A stretch of 64,000 nucleotides of DNA from Camelus dromedarius (Eukaryota). Positions within the stretch are counted from its first letter, which is position 1, and every line of letters begins with the position of its first letter. The stretch is from contig NC_087445.1 of NCBI RefSeq assembly GCF_036321535.1, forward strand, positions 9,674,001 through 9,738,000, read 5' to 3'. A model generated the notes under the pieces. The model saw only the letters and a program-made list of their open reading frames with translations, did not search any database and was not told where the DNA came from. The translations under genes were made by a program, and so were the position numbers. This document shows, piece by piece, positions 26,892 to 39,882 of this stretch.

Positions 26892-27317
26892 TGTTACAGA
26901 AATGACAGGCCAGCCAAGAAACAAGCACCACTCGGAGGGTTGGAGTGCTCAGATTTATTATGCTGGTGGGTTCAGAGGGGCTTCTGCTCCGATCTGAGCA
27001 TCTCCAAGACATGAGTATGAGGTTTTATAGGGTTAATTACAAGCTTGGGGTATTTGGCCAATAGGCATGGAACAGCTTTAGCAGCATCATTAATACAAAA
27101 GTAGAGGCAGGGAGGCAGCAAAGCAACATTTCAAGGCCAGATATGTCTCTGAAAATCCAGCTGGCTAGCAAAAAAACATGAACAGGGAATCAGCAAACCA
27201 ACACTAATTAACTTAGACTTACGAGTTAGCCCAGCAGAACTGAGATCAGTAATCCGACACTTGTTACACTTAGATTTGTGAGTTAGCCTGTTAGCCCAGC
27301 CCAGCTTTTCCTTCACA
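26892..27317 (-). mobile_element. Solo LTR, ERV1-class, young
   Basis: TG...CA termini and perfect 4-bp TSD ATTT (26888-26891, 27318-27321). On the minus strand, an inverted CCAAT (near 27058), TATAAAA (27022-27028) and AATAAA (near 26954-26959) lie in U3-R order. Confidence 0.9.
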
Positions 27318-28209
27318 ATTTAAGTATAGTGCTTTCTAAAGTTTCCATTAAGATAAGAGTTCTGGGAGTAGACTGCTCTGTTGCTTAATATTTTTGTTGG
27401 GGAAAGGACTGATAGAAATCAGCTTTTTTCCAGACAGAGTAGTTGAGAAAAATTAAGCATTCATATTTCTACATGAAAATTAGCAAGGTTCTTTGTTCAT
27501 GTTAAACCTCCAGTTGTGCTAATACCACAGTTCTTGAAGTGTGCATGTAACCAGCTTTGCTTTAGAGCCATTCAGAGTGAGAGACTGACCATGAGGAAGG
27601 CCTGGGCACACACCTGTATTGTGAGTAGTCATCAGGAGGGAAAAGTGTACATTGGTGCTTTTCTCCAAGACAAAGTTTTCAGTTGGCTAATGACGGATAG
27701 GAGAAAACCCCCAAACCCTCAAAACTCTATTTCCTTAGTTTGTTATGGATTTGTGTGGCATATATCCTGAAAGATCCTGATATAGAATGAATGTACTTTT
27801 TCCCTGCTGGATACTATGACTTGAAGCTCATAAGGTAGGCATAATAACATGATTGTTTCTCAATACCCTTGATCCCATTTGATAAAAGACAAATCTTGAG
27901 GTTCCCATATTTCTAATAATGGAGCTGACTCTGCACCAGAGATTCAGAAATCCCAAATCTCAGACAAGGAGGGAAAAGCTCTCTGACAGACTCACGTGGT
28001 AGATCAGGGCTCAGAGCAAAGGGATGTATGAAAGCAACAGAGCTTACCCAGGTTACTTCAGTTCAACAACTTAGATAAATATCGTAACATGAAAGAACTA
28101 AAACTCTCGCTGAGACCACATTTTTAAAAGATACTGATTTTCTTCTTTAGCATCCTGTTTTCCTGCTCTGTCTACCTACATTGTGGACCAGCTGTATCTA
28201 TGGATAGTA

Positions 28210-28450
28210 TATAAAGCTGATTAAGAGTTGAAGTTCTTGTGCCAACAAATGTGGCCCATAACTAGGCTCCACCAACTATTAGGGTAGATATCTTAAACTA
28301 AGTTAAACTGGCTCAGTTTCTGTATGTGCTAAAGGGTGGAAAATAATGATGTATCCCTCACAGAGTTAGTTATCATTGAGACTATGTTTCTAAAGTGCTT
28401 TACTGTGTGGCGTGGCCTGAGGCACCTCACTGATGGATGTTGTTAATGAT
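28210..28450 (+). mobile_element. MIR SINE
   Basis: GATTAAGAG...GGCTCCACCAACTATTAG...GGCTCAGTTTC...CCCTCACAGAGTT...TAAAGTGCTT. Confidence 0.65.
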
Positions 28451-29719
28451 TATGTCTTATATGTGATAATATTAATCGTTAAAAAGGCACACAATCTATT
28501 ATTGGCTCACCATTGAGTGACACTAACAAATACATTTAGCTTATTTGCAGGTTGATGAGGGATTATAATGAATTGGACAGGATGTGCAGGGCAAAAGCTT
28601 TTTACCATTTTGAGTCTCATTCAGAGAGACTCCAGATATTCTGTTGAAAAGAAGGCCCCATTGCACGAGGAATCTCCCAAATTGTCATGGTGATGCACAC
28701 AGTCGCCAAAATGTGAGGAAAATTAACCGATGATCTCAGCATTTGAAAAGCTAAGGTACTAGCTTCAAATGAAAGGTTTTGAGTTAAAATGCCTTAAGTG
28801 GACGATGCTCATTGTTCAGATCCATCTTGCTTTTTACCTCTCTGTTAAATTTCTCCAAATAAGATGTAGTATTCTCAGAGCAAACTAAATGGACCTCTGT
28901 ATAATTGAACCCCATACTCAGGTTAAACTCTAAGGGGGAAAAAACAGTCATACTCTAATACTAATATTTTTATTCTCTGCCTCTTGGTTGAAAAATGAAA
29001 TGACAGCCCAAGAAATTTATAAGAAGTTTCCTTTGTATAAACATGAGATGGCCCTTACTCAAATCCATTCTTACTTTAAGAATGGCAAAGAGAAACTTCA
29101 TTTGTCAAGGTTACTGACTGGAAGGAAAATACAGATTCTAGAATGAAGATGAGTTTAAATTCTACATCTGTTAAATACTAGCTAAATGATCACAGTGTTA
29201 AATATTTACCAAATTATACATGTGCCCAGTTTCCTTATCTCAAAAGATAAAAGATACCTTTATCTTATAGGTATGTTGAATGGAATAAATAAAATAGCAT
29301 TAATGGTCATTAAAATGCAAGTTGTATAAACAGACCTCTTGGAGTGTTTATTATGTTCCTGGCACTATGCTTATTCATTGAATCTATTACTTTATTTATC
29401 TATGAATGACTTAAACGGTGCCTGGAAATAAGGACTCTAGTAAATTTGTGTTACTCTCTGTGTAGTCATAAATTATTTCATATATACATGGCTCTATGAC
29501 AGGGAACTGTAATGCAGTATGATTATCTGCTTTTTCTTTTCTCCACTCTTAGATGATGAGCACTCAAATTAGGAAAGAGATTGTTTGATTTTTGAATTTT
29601 CAAGGGATATTTTCGCAGAATTATATTATGTCCTCAATAATGTTTGTTGAATGAATGTATACAAATCAGCAAACTGTGTATTGATAAACTCCAGGCAGTA
29701 GATTTAGTAAAAAAAAAAA

Positions 29720-32700
29720 AAAAAAAGGTGTGTTAAAATTCAAGGAGCACTGTAAGGAAACAGTCACATTGATTTAAACAGTCACATTAAATGCCACACA
29801 ATTGGCAGAGGAAAATTATGAATTCACAGAAGGAAAGCATGATCATGAGCCACAATGAGATCTGAGAAAAGCTCTCCAAGTAGGACTTGGAGATATGAAA
29901 TAGAGAAGAAGACTATTGCAAGACAGGAGAAGGCATGGGTCAAGGCACAAAGAACTGACTGACTGTGACATATTCACAGCATCGGAACAGACAGCTGTGT
30001 GTTCCTAAATATCCGTGTAGATGAGAATGGGGAGACGGGGTTGAATGGAAACATTGATCTGGTTTCACCTTATTAATAGGCATCTGTTGAGGTTTAAGCA
30101 AGAGTTTTCTACAAAAATTGCATTTACGTAACTATTCAGTTACGTGTAAGACAGAGAGGGAAGTAATACAGGAACTTATGACTCTATGATCCCATTACAA
30201 TTCTGTATTTTTGACAAAAAAAATCTAGGCTTAGGTGATAATATTGAGAACACAAAGGAAAGCACAGCTGTAGGAGGTAATGAAATGAGGACACAGGAAG
30301 AGGTATTAAGTTCAAAAAGCTACAAAAACACTTCTAATTAGAATCCATTAGTGAATCCTCTAATAATTTTGATGATTTATTTGATTGCCTAAAGTTTCCC
30401 AAGTGTTTCTGTCAAATACAATTATAGGCGGATAATAGTAGTTGTTCTATGAACAAAAGACACATATGGTCAATTAGTTTAAAAAGTTGAAAGTTTGAAA
30501 AATAAAACTAATTTCTTAAACCCAGTGATTACTATAATGTGTAAGATATTAATATAGCAATTGGAATTCTGTAACACAGTGTTAACAATTTAGTCACCAA
30601 AGGAAAATGAATCACTGGTACTGATACCCTCTTCTCCATATCAATAGATGAATAACTTCTAGCCATTATACCTTTAAAAATCTTTAATATGTTCCATCTC
30701 TGTTACCCTTGCTTGTACTATTCCAATCACTCTTCATGAATAATTGTCATACTTCACATTGCAACTTGTTTTGCAGTTGTGATTTATTATTCCTGCTAAT
30801 ATTATCCATAGATATCCCCCTTTATTACTTTCTACATGCATAACTATATGTTTTCCATCATTCATTTGAAAATATTAATTGGCTTTATCATGATTGTATG
30901 CCTGACAAAATTGTGAAAATAAATTCACTATGTTTATTGAATGTATATTTTGGGGGGAGCACCAAGAACAGCTGTTCACTTACAAGTAAGATGGTTTCAG
31001 ACAGTGATAGTGATACTGGCAAAGGCTATGGTGAAATTAAACCTGGGTGATGGAATAAAGATTTTGGTAAATGTGATGAATACAAGGCTATTGTCACAAG
31101 AAGGTCAAAGAAGGCTTCCACAAGAAGGTGATTTTTGACCTGAAACCCACATAATGAAGGAGAATTTTTCAAAGGTGTTGGTGAAGAATGTTCTAGTAGA
31201 AAAATAGATATTAGAAAGGCCCTGAGACAGAATGAAGTTGGCATATTTGAAGAGCAGAGAGAGAAGTGAGGGGTCCGGAGGACGGTGGGAGGTGTGGAGA
31301 TTGAGGACGTCAGGCAGTGGCAGAGCCTGCATGCTTCCATTCTTTAAAGACCAAGTATGTAGTTCAGATCTTGTTATAAATGTAGCAGTAAGTAAGCCTT
31401 TGCATTGTGTATTTCTAAGCTATGGTAATATATGTTTGACTTATGCTTTATAATAATTACCTAGGTGTATGGGAAAAGAACCAAATGGGATTTGGAGAAC
31501 ACATAGGAAGGATGTGGTATAAATAAATTGACGTGATTCTTTAAGATTTTATAGTCATTTCCTAAGTTAACTCAGCAAGCATTTAGAGAACGTTTACCAT
31601 TAATAGAGAGATGAAAGGTTGGCACTCCTACCCTCAGGACAGTCAGAGACTGATGGCGGAGCACACCCTTGAGACCTGCATAGACCTCCATGTGACAGCA
31701 GTCAGGCAGTGAAACATCACTTTTCAGAGGACAAAGTGTTTGAGCTCAGTTGTGAAGTTTTGCATAAGTAGAACTACAGTAAAGACTTATCAGGAAGGGC
31801 ATTTGAAAAATCATATGGATGTGAAAAAGAAAAGTACTTTCAAAGAACCACACATCTGTGTATTTACAGTGATGTACAGCTAAGGGCCCCAGAGGTCAAT
31901 TACCCACCGTCCAGTTCTGCGTCCTCCAGTTCCTTGCTGTGTAGACTCTGGTCACGTACTAAACTGATGCACTTTGGTTTTGTCTGTGAAATTAAGGTAG
32001 TGTATTCACTAAGTGATAAACTCCTTTTGAGGGTGATATCTTGGTAAAATCCTTAGTACACTCTCTGACAGAGAGGAGGCAATCAGTAAGTGGTAGGTAT
32101 TTATTATTATGGCTGGTGCTGTGAGGTGTGTCTGTGGCAGAAGATGGTTTGAAGAAGTTGAGGGGGTCAAACTGATGCCAGGAAGTTTTGCAGGTGATGG
32201 CTATGTTTATTTGTACATAGTGATGGCATTATAATATGCATATGTCTGAATACGTCAAATTGTATACATTAAACATGTACAATAATTTGGATATCAATTA
32301 TGCCCCAGTAAAGCTACATAAAGCTTGAAGTATAATAAATAAGGTTGATAATATAAGTATATAGCAAACTGTAAGCCGTGATAATGAAAAATTAAATCTT
32401 TAAGAGACGAAAGGAAAAACCAGGGAGCGTCAAAGTAGGAATGGTTGTATTTGCTATGTTAGTAAGTATCGACTTCATCATGAAAACAACTGGCTGTTAG
32501 ATGCAATTTCTGTGCAAGACTTATATAATCAGACCGATGTCTCAGAAAAATCTTGTGAATCACTTTGTGGGGAATGAGTTGCAGGGCAGGTCAACGCTGA
32601 CCAAGCTGCCTGGTTGGAAATCTGCTCTATCTCAGGTGTGAAAGGCTCAGAGTCTGCACCAAGTCATGGACTATGGGGGCAAGAAGGGGATTTGCAGAGA

Positions 32701-32780
32701 AATATTTAGGAGGCATACTTTACAGTACTTGGAATTTGACTGAATTGCTGGAGTATGTGAGAAACTAGGAAAAATAGGTA
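29720..32780 (-). mobile_element. Cluster of antisense L2 fragments with an interspersed MIR (~31870-32110) and an L1MC/MD 3' end (~32180-32320)
   Basis: TGTTTATTGAATG near 30932, GGTCAAAGAAGGCTTCCACAAGAAGGTGATTTTTGACCTGAAACC near 31102-31146 and AGAAATATTTAGGAGG near 32697 are L2 antisense motifs. Confidence 0.65.
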
Positions 32781-35139
32781 TTTTTCAGTATAATAATTTC
32801 TATCATTTTCTTCTTCAGAAAAGACTGTGTGGCAGCTTGTTTTCATGCCCAGCAGCCAGGTCTCATGATTATTTTCTCAGGCAAGTTTTACCACCATGTT
32901 ATGCTTGAGAGCATAGAGGCTACGTACGGTTAATAACTGTATGTGAACACATAATTGGAAACTGCTAGAACCTGAGTTTGATGCAGGATTTCTCAGATTT
33001 CAGAGCTCATCCTGTTTCCACTAAATGAGTCTGTCTAAGTGGGGGCTAATGAAACGGGTGAACAGAGGTACATTTCATCAGGTTTGGAAAGCATCAAGGA
33101 GGTGCACATTTTGGCAGGAAATATGGTAGGTTAAATTTTGGCTGTATTCATTGCAGTTGCTATTGGGACATGAAAATGAAGAACTGGAATATGTGTTCTA
33201 AGTATGAGATGACTGAAATTCCACGTGGTTAAATAATAGGTCAAAATTCAGAAAAATAGATGAGAAAGGATTTCATTTTGAACTGACTCTAGGTCCAAGT
33301 TCATTGCCAGGTTCTTCTCCCCACCCATCAGCTTGGCCCCGAATCTCCCTGGGGGGCAGTGCTTGTCTTCACCCCTTGATTCAGCCAGATAATTACTTTT
33401 TCTATTATCTCAGCAATTTTTACAAGCTGCCACTAAAGCTTTTATCTCATTATGTTTCAACTATTTGTTTAGTTTTTTTTTTCCCCTAAATAGTTTGTAA
33501 ATGTCTAGAAGTTAGGGGCAATCATATTTATTTTAAGAAACACGCTGCAGTCTCTCTGTATCACTTTATGGAATAAATTGACTGATGAAAGAGTTAAAAA
33601 TAGCATGATGAGTAACCAGGAAATTTTATATTTTATAAAATCCTTTCTAAAATGGCCCTATTATGTCTTCCCTTCAAAGGACATGTTGAAGTATCTGAAT
33701 TTACAGCTCTGCCCTCATGTATGTAAGCTTTGCCCTGTAGAAGGAAAATATCTGATGCCTTTAGAAGGCTGTGAAGTTCAGCCTCTGCCATTCAGCATCA
33801 CAGCAGGAATATCATAGCCCATCACTTCTAAAAGTTAATGTACCATCCTTCACAAGATCCTCTCTAGACTAATATTGCCAAAGGTTAAATGACATTAATA
33901 CAGAAGTTCATGGCTGCATAATGTAGTTTGTAATCCTGAGGACATACTTTAACAGCAATAACCATTCTTCTCATATTTTCATTGTCTTCTAGGTATAAAA
34001 ATTGCTCTTGTGGAAAATTGTCATTTCCCAGAGATACAGTTGTTGGTGATGGGGCTACATGGGGCACAGAACAGCTGAAACCTGTGTAAGGAACAAAACA
34101 ATAGACAAAGAAAGCAGCTGCAATCGAAGAACAGCTAAATGTTAACAGTTGGCTTTCTTATGCCCTGTTTCCTCTGCAAATAGAGAATGCAGAGATCTAT
34201 GTATCATTTTTTGTGTGTTCCTATGAGTGCATCCTGTGTTTGAGTGTGCTTATGTTTGTGTATGATGTCTTGCTGTTTGTCTGGTTATTATCTTCCATTT
34301 TAGTGATGTTAGCAGATATTAAGTATCTCCTAAAGGATGTCAAGTGACTCTATGACTTTGTTGATACTTAACATTTTAGAGAGAGATATATGAGGTGCCC
34401 AAAACTCGGCATTTCATGACTGGGACATTTGTTTAAGTTCCCATGTACTTGCCTACCATAAGGAGCGAGACTAGACATCTGATGTCTTCAAGCAGACTCT
34501 ATAGCACTGCTTGTAAATCCCAGACTGCAGTCAGGATTAAGGGATTCTTTGGGATCCATTCCTCTGGGTGTCACTTGGTCTTGTAGTAGGGAGGGTATTT
34601 TATTGCTAAATACCCATTTTACCAATCAAACAGTAGATGAGAAAACAGAACCCTTTTGCTTAAAAACAAATAATTTCACTCTTCTTCACAACAGCATTAG
34701 ATTTCAGAATAGTGGCCCTAGTTAGCTTCCTTAATAACACCATTTCACACTTTAAAAGATGAACAGCATATGCCAAGTTGCACTTAGAACATGTCTCTCC
34801 CAAATCTCTCTGTTTATGTCCATTTGTATAATTCAGGAATCATGACTGCCAATTCACATCATCTTCAGTGGTTATAAATTATTAGAAACAAGTGAAAAAC
34901 AAATATAATTCAAGGAAGTTTTTTTAAAAAATAAAGTATCAAGCTGCTTAAATATTTTAGAAACATTCTATTTTCTCATGACAAACTTTCCTCATGTATT
35001 TATTCAAATGAAATCACATAGAATTCTATTATGTCAAGAGGACTTAAAGGGAATTCTTAGAATCATGTTACTTTAGAGTTACCAGGTCAAATGACTTTTA
35101 GAAACTCTACATTAAATAAAGTTATAGAGATAACCTTTG

Positions 35140-35661
35140 ATGGTTTAACAGCATGTTCATGATCCTTTGCTGTCCTTCCCTTTAAGGGGTAGGGCTTAAA
35201 GCCCATCAGTATGGGCTGGACTTAGTGACTGGCTTCTAATGAAGGGGATATAGAAAGAATGTGCAAATTCCTAGACTAGGTTGTAAAAGGCATCGTGGCT
35301 TCCTTCTTGCTTCCCTCTCTCAGATTGCATGCTTTGGGGGAATCCAACTACCATGTCATGAGGACACTTAAGCATCTCTGTGGAGAGGTCCATATGACTG
35401 GTCCCTGAGTTCTTCTGTCTGTAATCTGCACTGATTTGTTGGGGAGGTGAGCAAGCCACCTTGAATCGGATCCTCCAGCTTCGGTCAAGCCTTCAGTCAA
35501 CATGCTGCCTACAACCTCACAACACTCTGAGCCAGAACCAGCCAGTTACACTGCTCCCAGCTTCCTGATCCAGAGAACCTGTGGGAGATCTTTCATGTTT
35601 ACTGTTTTTTTGATGCTACATTTTGAGGGCATTTGCTATGCAGCACTAGATAACAAATGCA
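35140..35661 (+). mobile_element. MaLR LTR (MLT1F/G/H-like)
   Basis: GGGCTGGACTTAGTGACTGGCTTCTAAT...CCATGTCATGAGGACACTTAAGCA...GGAGAGGTCCAT...TTTGCTATGCAGCACTAGATAACAAATGCA. Confidence 0.85.
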
Positions 35662-36394
35662 GATTCACTTACTCCAGGACTTCTCAGAGCTTTAATAGGT
35701 TGATATGATTTAATTCTAAAGAAAAGACCTATGATACATCATGTGGTGCAAATATATTTAATCATAGTACTGATTTTGCAAGTGCATTTCTTGGATTATA
35801 CTTTTGCAGAACAAGCATATACATAGAAAAGTATATGTAAAAAAACAAACAAACAAAAGTAGTGATTTTGGCAGCTAAAGTGTACCAGTAATTTTCTACA
35901 TGTAATGTTATTTAATTCTCATCGAAATGTTATAATGTATTATTTATACCATTTAGCATTTAATAGTGATAAAGATAAAAGAGAAAATAATTTTCTCCTT
36001 GATAAACCATTGTTATTTTTCATGCATTAGGGTATAAACCAGAAGTTTAGCTAATTTAATGACACAGGGGACAGAAGAGGTGGATTATTAAATGATTACC
36101 TTTGGACATCGATTTTTAAAGTTAAATAGAGGTGGCTAGAATTGTTGATAGGAACCCTCTTTCTAAGCACCTAATTTCTATAATAGCACTATATGAACTG
36201 AAAATCAGAAAGACTACTTTCAATGAACATTTCATTTCAATAGACATAAATATTAAATTTTTAAATAATTTCAGATTTTGCAATGGCAAGAGCTCACTAA
36301 TTTGAATCACAAGTCATAGTTTTAAATTACTATTTTTATTTAAATTACTAATTTTAAATTACTAAATGACCATCCAACATTTACTAGCTACATC

Positions 36395-36895
36395 AGATGT
36401 TTCCATTGGCAGGTAAAAGGAATCCTGGTGACATATTAAGAATGCCTATTTAAAAAGAAATCCGGAGGTAAGCTGTTACAAGGAAAGTTGATACAGTAAC
36501 TCAGTAATACAAGGATTTTATCAATTTCTATGTAATTCTCTTGACCTGTCTTTTATTTGCTACTTGGGTACAGTTACTCCCAGCATCATGTCCTAACGTA
36601 AACACGTACAAAGCCTGGAAAGTTGTCTTTAACTTTGTTGTTTATAAGGGCAGGATAAACATTCCCGAGAGTCTCTCTTCTATCTCATTAGTTTAGCTTA
36701 TGTCGTCTCAGTGCTGCCTGATCAGAGGAACAGAATTATCAAGATTGTTCTAGAGTAATGAACATTTAACCCCTTAGTCTCTGGAGGGATCCATGAAAGA
36801 TTTATCTTCCAATAACTGGACAAAGTTAGAGTTGTATATTTTAAGCAAGAACTTTGGCAACAGGAACTTACAGGATAGGCAACCAATGTCTGCTG
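36395..36895 (-). mobile_element. Probable old MaLR LTR (MLT1J/K/L-like)
   Basis: Decayed motifs CCAGCATCATGTCC and TCTCTTCTATCTCATTAG, ending TAGGCAACCAATGTCTGC. Confidence 0.45.
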
Positions 36896-38339
36896 AAACA
36901 GTGATGCAACATTGATCATTACACAATTTAAATATTCTCTTTTCTTCAATCCCCTTACATGGTAAATGAGAATAATGCCTGCATTAAAAGACTATTATTA
37001 TTATTACATAGGTTAATTTTTTTAATATGGGTAATATATTTTTTAATATGCCTCCAAAAGACTTATAAGTGTAGAAAGAACTGACATATATGTAGGCATG
37101 AATAAATGAATTTTGATTTTTTTATTAATAGAGTCTGGCTTTCCCTTCAGTCATCCTAAATTGGTAAAAAATGGGCTCTATTGGAGATATTAGGGCATTA
37201 CAAGCTATACAGTAATTTTCTGACTGTATTTCTTCAATTTGCATTTTCTTCAATTTGCGTAATATCCTCCAGGTCCTCAAAATATACCTGAAATCAGGGA
37301 CATTTATCTACTTGCCAAATCCTACCCACGTCCTTTACTTCCATTTGTAACAACTGTGATGTGGAAGCACAGGTTGCTGCCTTGCTGCAGAAGTTCGCTG
37401 AAGCACAGTTTGATTATTCTCTATGAGGACAAGTGGTTGGAAAGTAGTCTGACGCTGCTGTACACTCAGGAGGACCCTCGGTGAATGCTCCCTCGTGTAC
37501 ACAAACTGCACAAAGATCAGTGCCAACATCAGAAAGTGGCTGCTGTTGCTATTAGAAACATAATTGCAAATTCCTGCCTGGAATAATAGAATTGCTGTTG
37601 TAAATCTAGTACATCTTATGAGAAGTCATACATTGAATGTATTTCATTTGGGGAAGAAAAAAAAAAGTCCATGACCTTGATAGTATCAGATCTTAAGGGA
37701 TTTTGTGAAGGATTTCTGGAGTCACAGGGAGAGATCATTAGAATGTCATTCTGTCATGTATTTGATTTGATGTCTTCCCAATTGAGAAAGCGAGATTGCT
37801 TTCAATCTCATTGGTTCTGTTTTGCTTTCAATACTCTTACTTAGTAATACCTAGAGGTATTATTTAAATTCAGGAATTTAAGGACATAAGTATAATTGGT
37901 TTAGGGGAATTAAACTGGTATGAACTAAATATGACTTGGGAAGCCAATTTAAGAGCATATAAGTATGTAGCCAATTAAACATAATTGGAAACCACTGAGT
38001 ATTTAAGCTGGTTTTACTCTACCCGTCCTTCTTTTAATACCATTTTCTTCAAATCCAGAGGCATGAGTGACTATAAGATTATAGGTTCGAAGTGTGTAGG
38101 ACTTTAATTCTACAAATGTTTTGTGACATGAAAAGGCCTCTGTCATTAAGGACATTTGGCCAGAACTGCGTACTGTAAACTCCAGGGAAATGCACAACAC
38201 TCGTTCATTAGAAGGTCTGTTTAAGCTTATTCAAAATAGACATGTTCAATATTAAGACAGTATTGCTCAAACTTGCCTGACAAATTAATACTTTTCATTC
38301 ATATCACCTTTAACTCCCTGAAAGAGCCATTTATACGCC

Positions 38340-39560
38340 CACTCTCTGTAACAAAGCCATCAGATCTGTTTTGTTAAAATTACCCATGACCTTCAAGTTA
38401 TTAGACCTAATGGGTATTTCCACAATATAATCTTAAATGACATCTAAGCCGTATTTGATACACTCATCACTCCTTCCTCTATGGGAGGGGAGGGTGCTTC
38501 TCGTGGCCTCTGGGACCCACTCTTCTGATTTTCTTCTGACCTAGTTGGTAGCTCCTACTCAGTCTCCTTTGCAGGTTCTAGATTTCCCAGACCCCATAAA
38601 GTTGGAGTGCCCCAGGGCTCAGTAAATGTTCCTTTTCTCTTATTTAGTTAAAAGTTCCATCTATATATTGATTGTTCATAGGTTTTTATATTATCTCCAG
38701 CCCAAAATCAAGACAGCTTTGTTGAACCATAGTCTCCCCTTGTTTGTCTGTTTAGTGTCTCTAATGTAGCACGTCTAGATGAACCCCAAATATTGTCCCC
38801 ATAAAGCTGCTCCACCTAAGAATTCCTTCCTTAGTTGTTGGCAACTTCGTCAAACCCTTAACATCTCTCTGTCTCCCCGACCCCTTCACCCAACTCCTAA
38901 GCAAGCCCTATTTGCTGTCTTGGTCCAAGCTACTGTTATCTCTTACTTCTTGGCTAGTTTAGTACCTTGCTAATGGTTCTCAGCATATCAGCTCACTCTA
39001 GGTCAGATCCTTGCTTCCTGCAATAGTTCCCCTTTTTACTCAGGTTGCAGGCCTGCATATAGGACTGGCTGTATATGGTCTGGCCTCTTCCCACCTTTAT
39101 GAATTCACACCTTACATTTCTCCCTTTTATGTGCTCTACCCAGCCACACTGGCTTCCTGACTGTTCTCTGAACAATACATGCACACTCTACCTTAGGGCC
39201 TTTGCACTGGCCAAGTTTTCTGCCTAGGAAAGTTCTTCCATCTTTTAATTTCTTCCTCTCAAGACTTTGCTAAAATTTCACTTTCTCATTGTACTCTGCC
39301 TTCACCACTCTATTTTAAATTATAATCTGTATCTTTACAAACAGTGCTTTCACTTCCAAAATGCTGCTTTGTTTTTCCTTGTTTCTATAACACATCCTTT
39401 CATAATATGCTGTGTATTTTATTCATTTTTTCTTCTGAGCCCCATCAGAATCTAAGTTTCACGAAGGCAGAAAACTTGGGTTCACTGATACTGTTTCATA
39501 TGCTTATAAACATTTCCCAGTGTGCGAGAGGTAGTCAATACATTTTTGCTGAATAAAATA
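38340..39560 (+). mobile_element. L2a 3' region
   Basis: TTGATACACTCATCACTCCTTCCT...GGAGTGCCCCAGGGCTCAG...CAGCCACACTGGCTTCCT...AGGGCCTTTGCACTGGC...TCAATACATTTTTGCTGAATAAA. Confidence 0.88.
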
Positions 39561-39882
39561 ATCAGAATTTATTCATTTATTTAATCACTTAATGAAACTT
39601 TCTGAGAAAAATAAACATTCTTTTTACAAAATAATGATAATATATATAACATAGTCTATGATAACACTTCTCATACCATAAATGAAATTGATTAAACTTC
39701 CATTGTTATTAACACTGTGATTTTTTCCCAATAGAGTAAGACACAGCAGAGAAATATTATATATAATTATTATAAACTTTAATCGTAGATAATATGAATG
39801 AAGACTTTAAAATTTACAAGATGTTTATTAAAATATGTGAGTAAATAGAGGAAATCAGTAAATATTCTAGAATACTATTACA

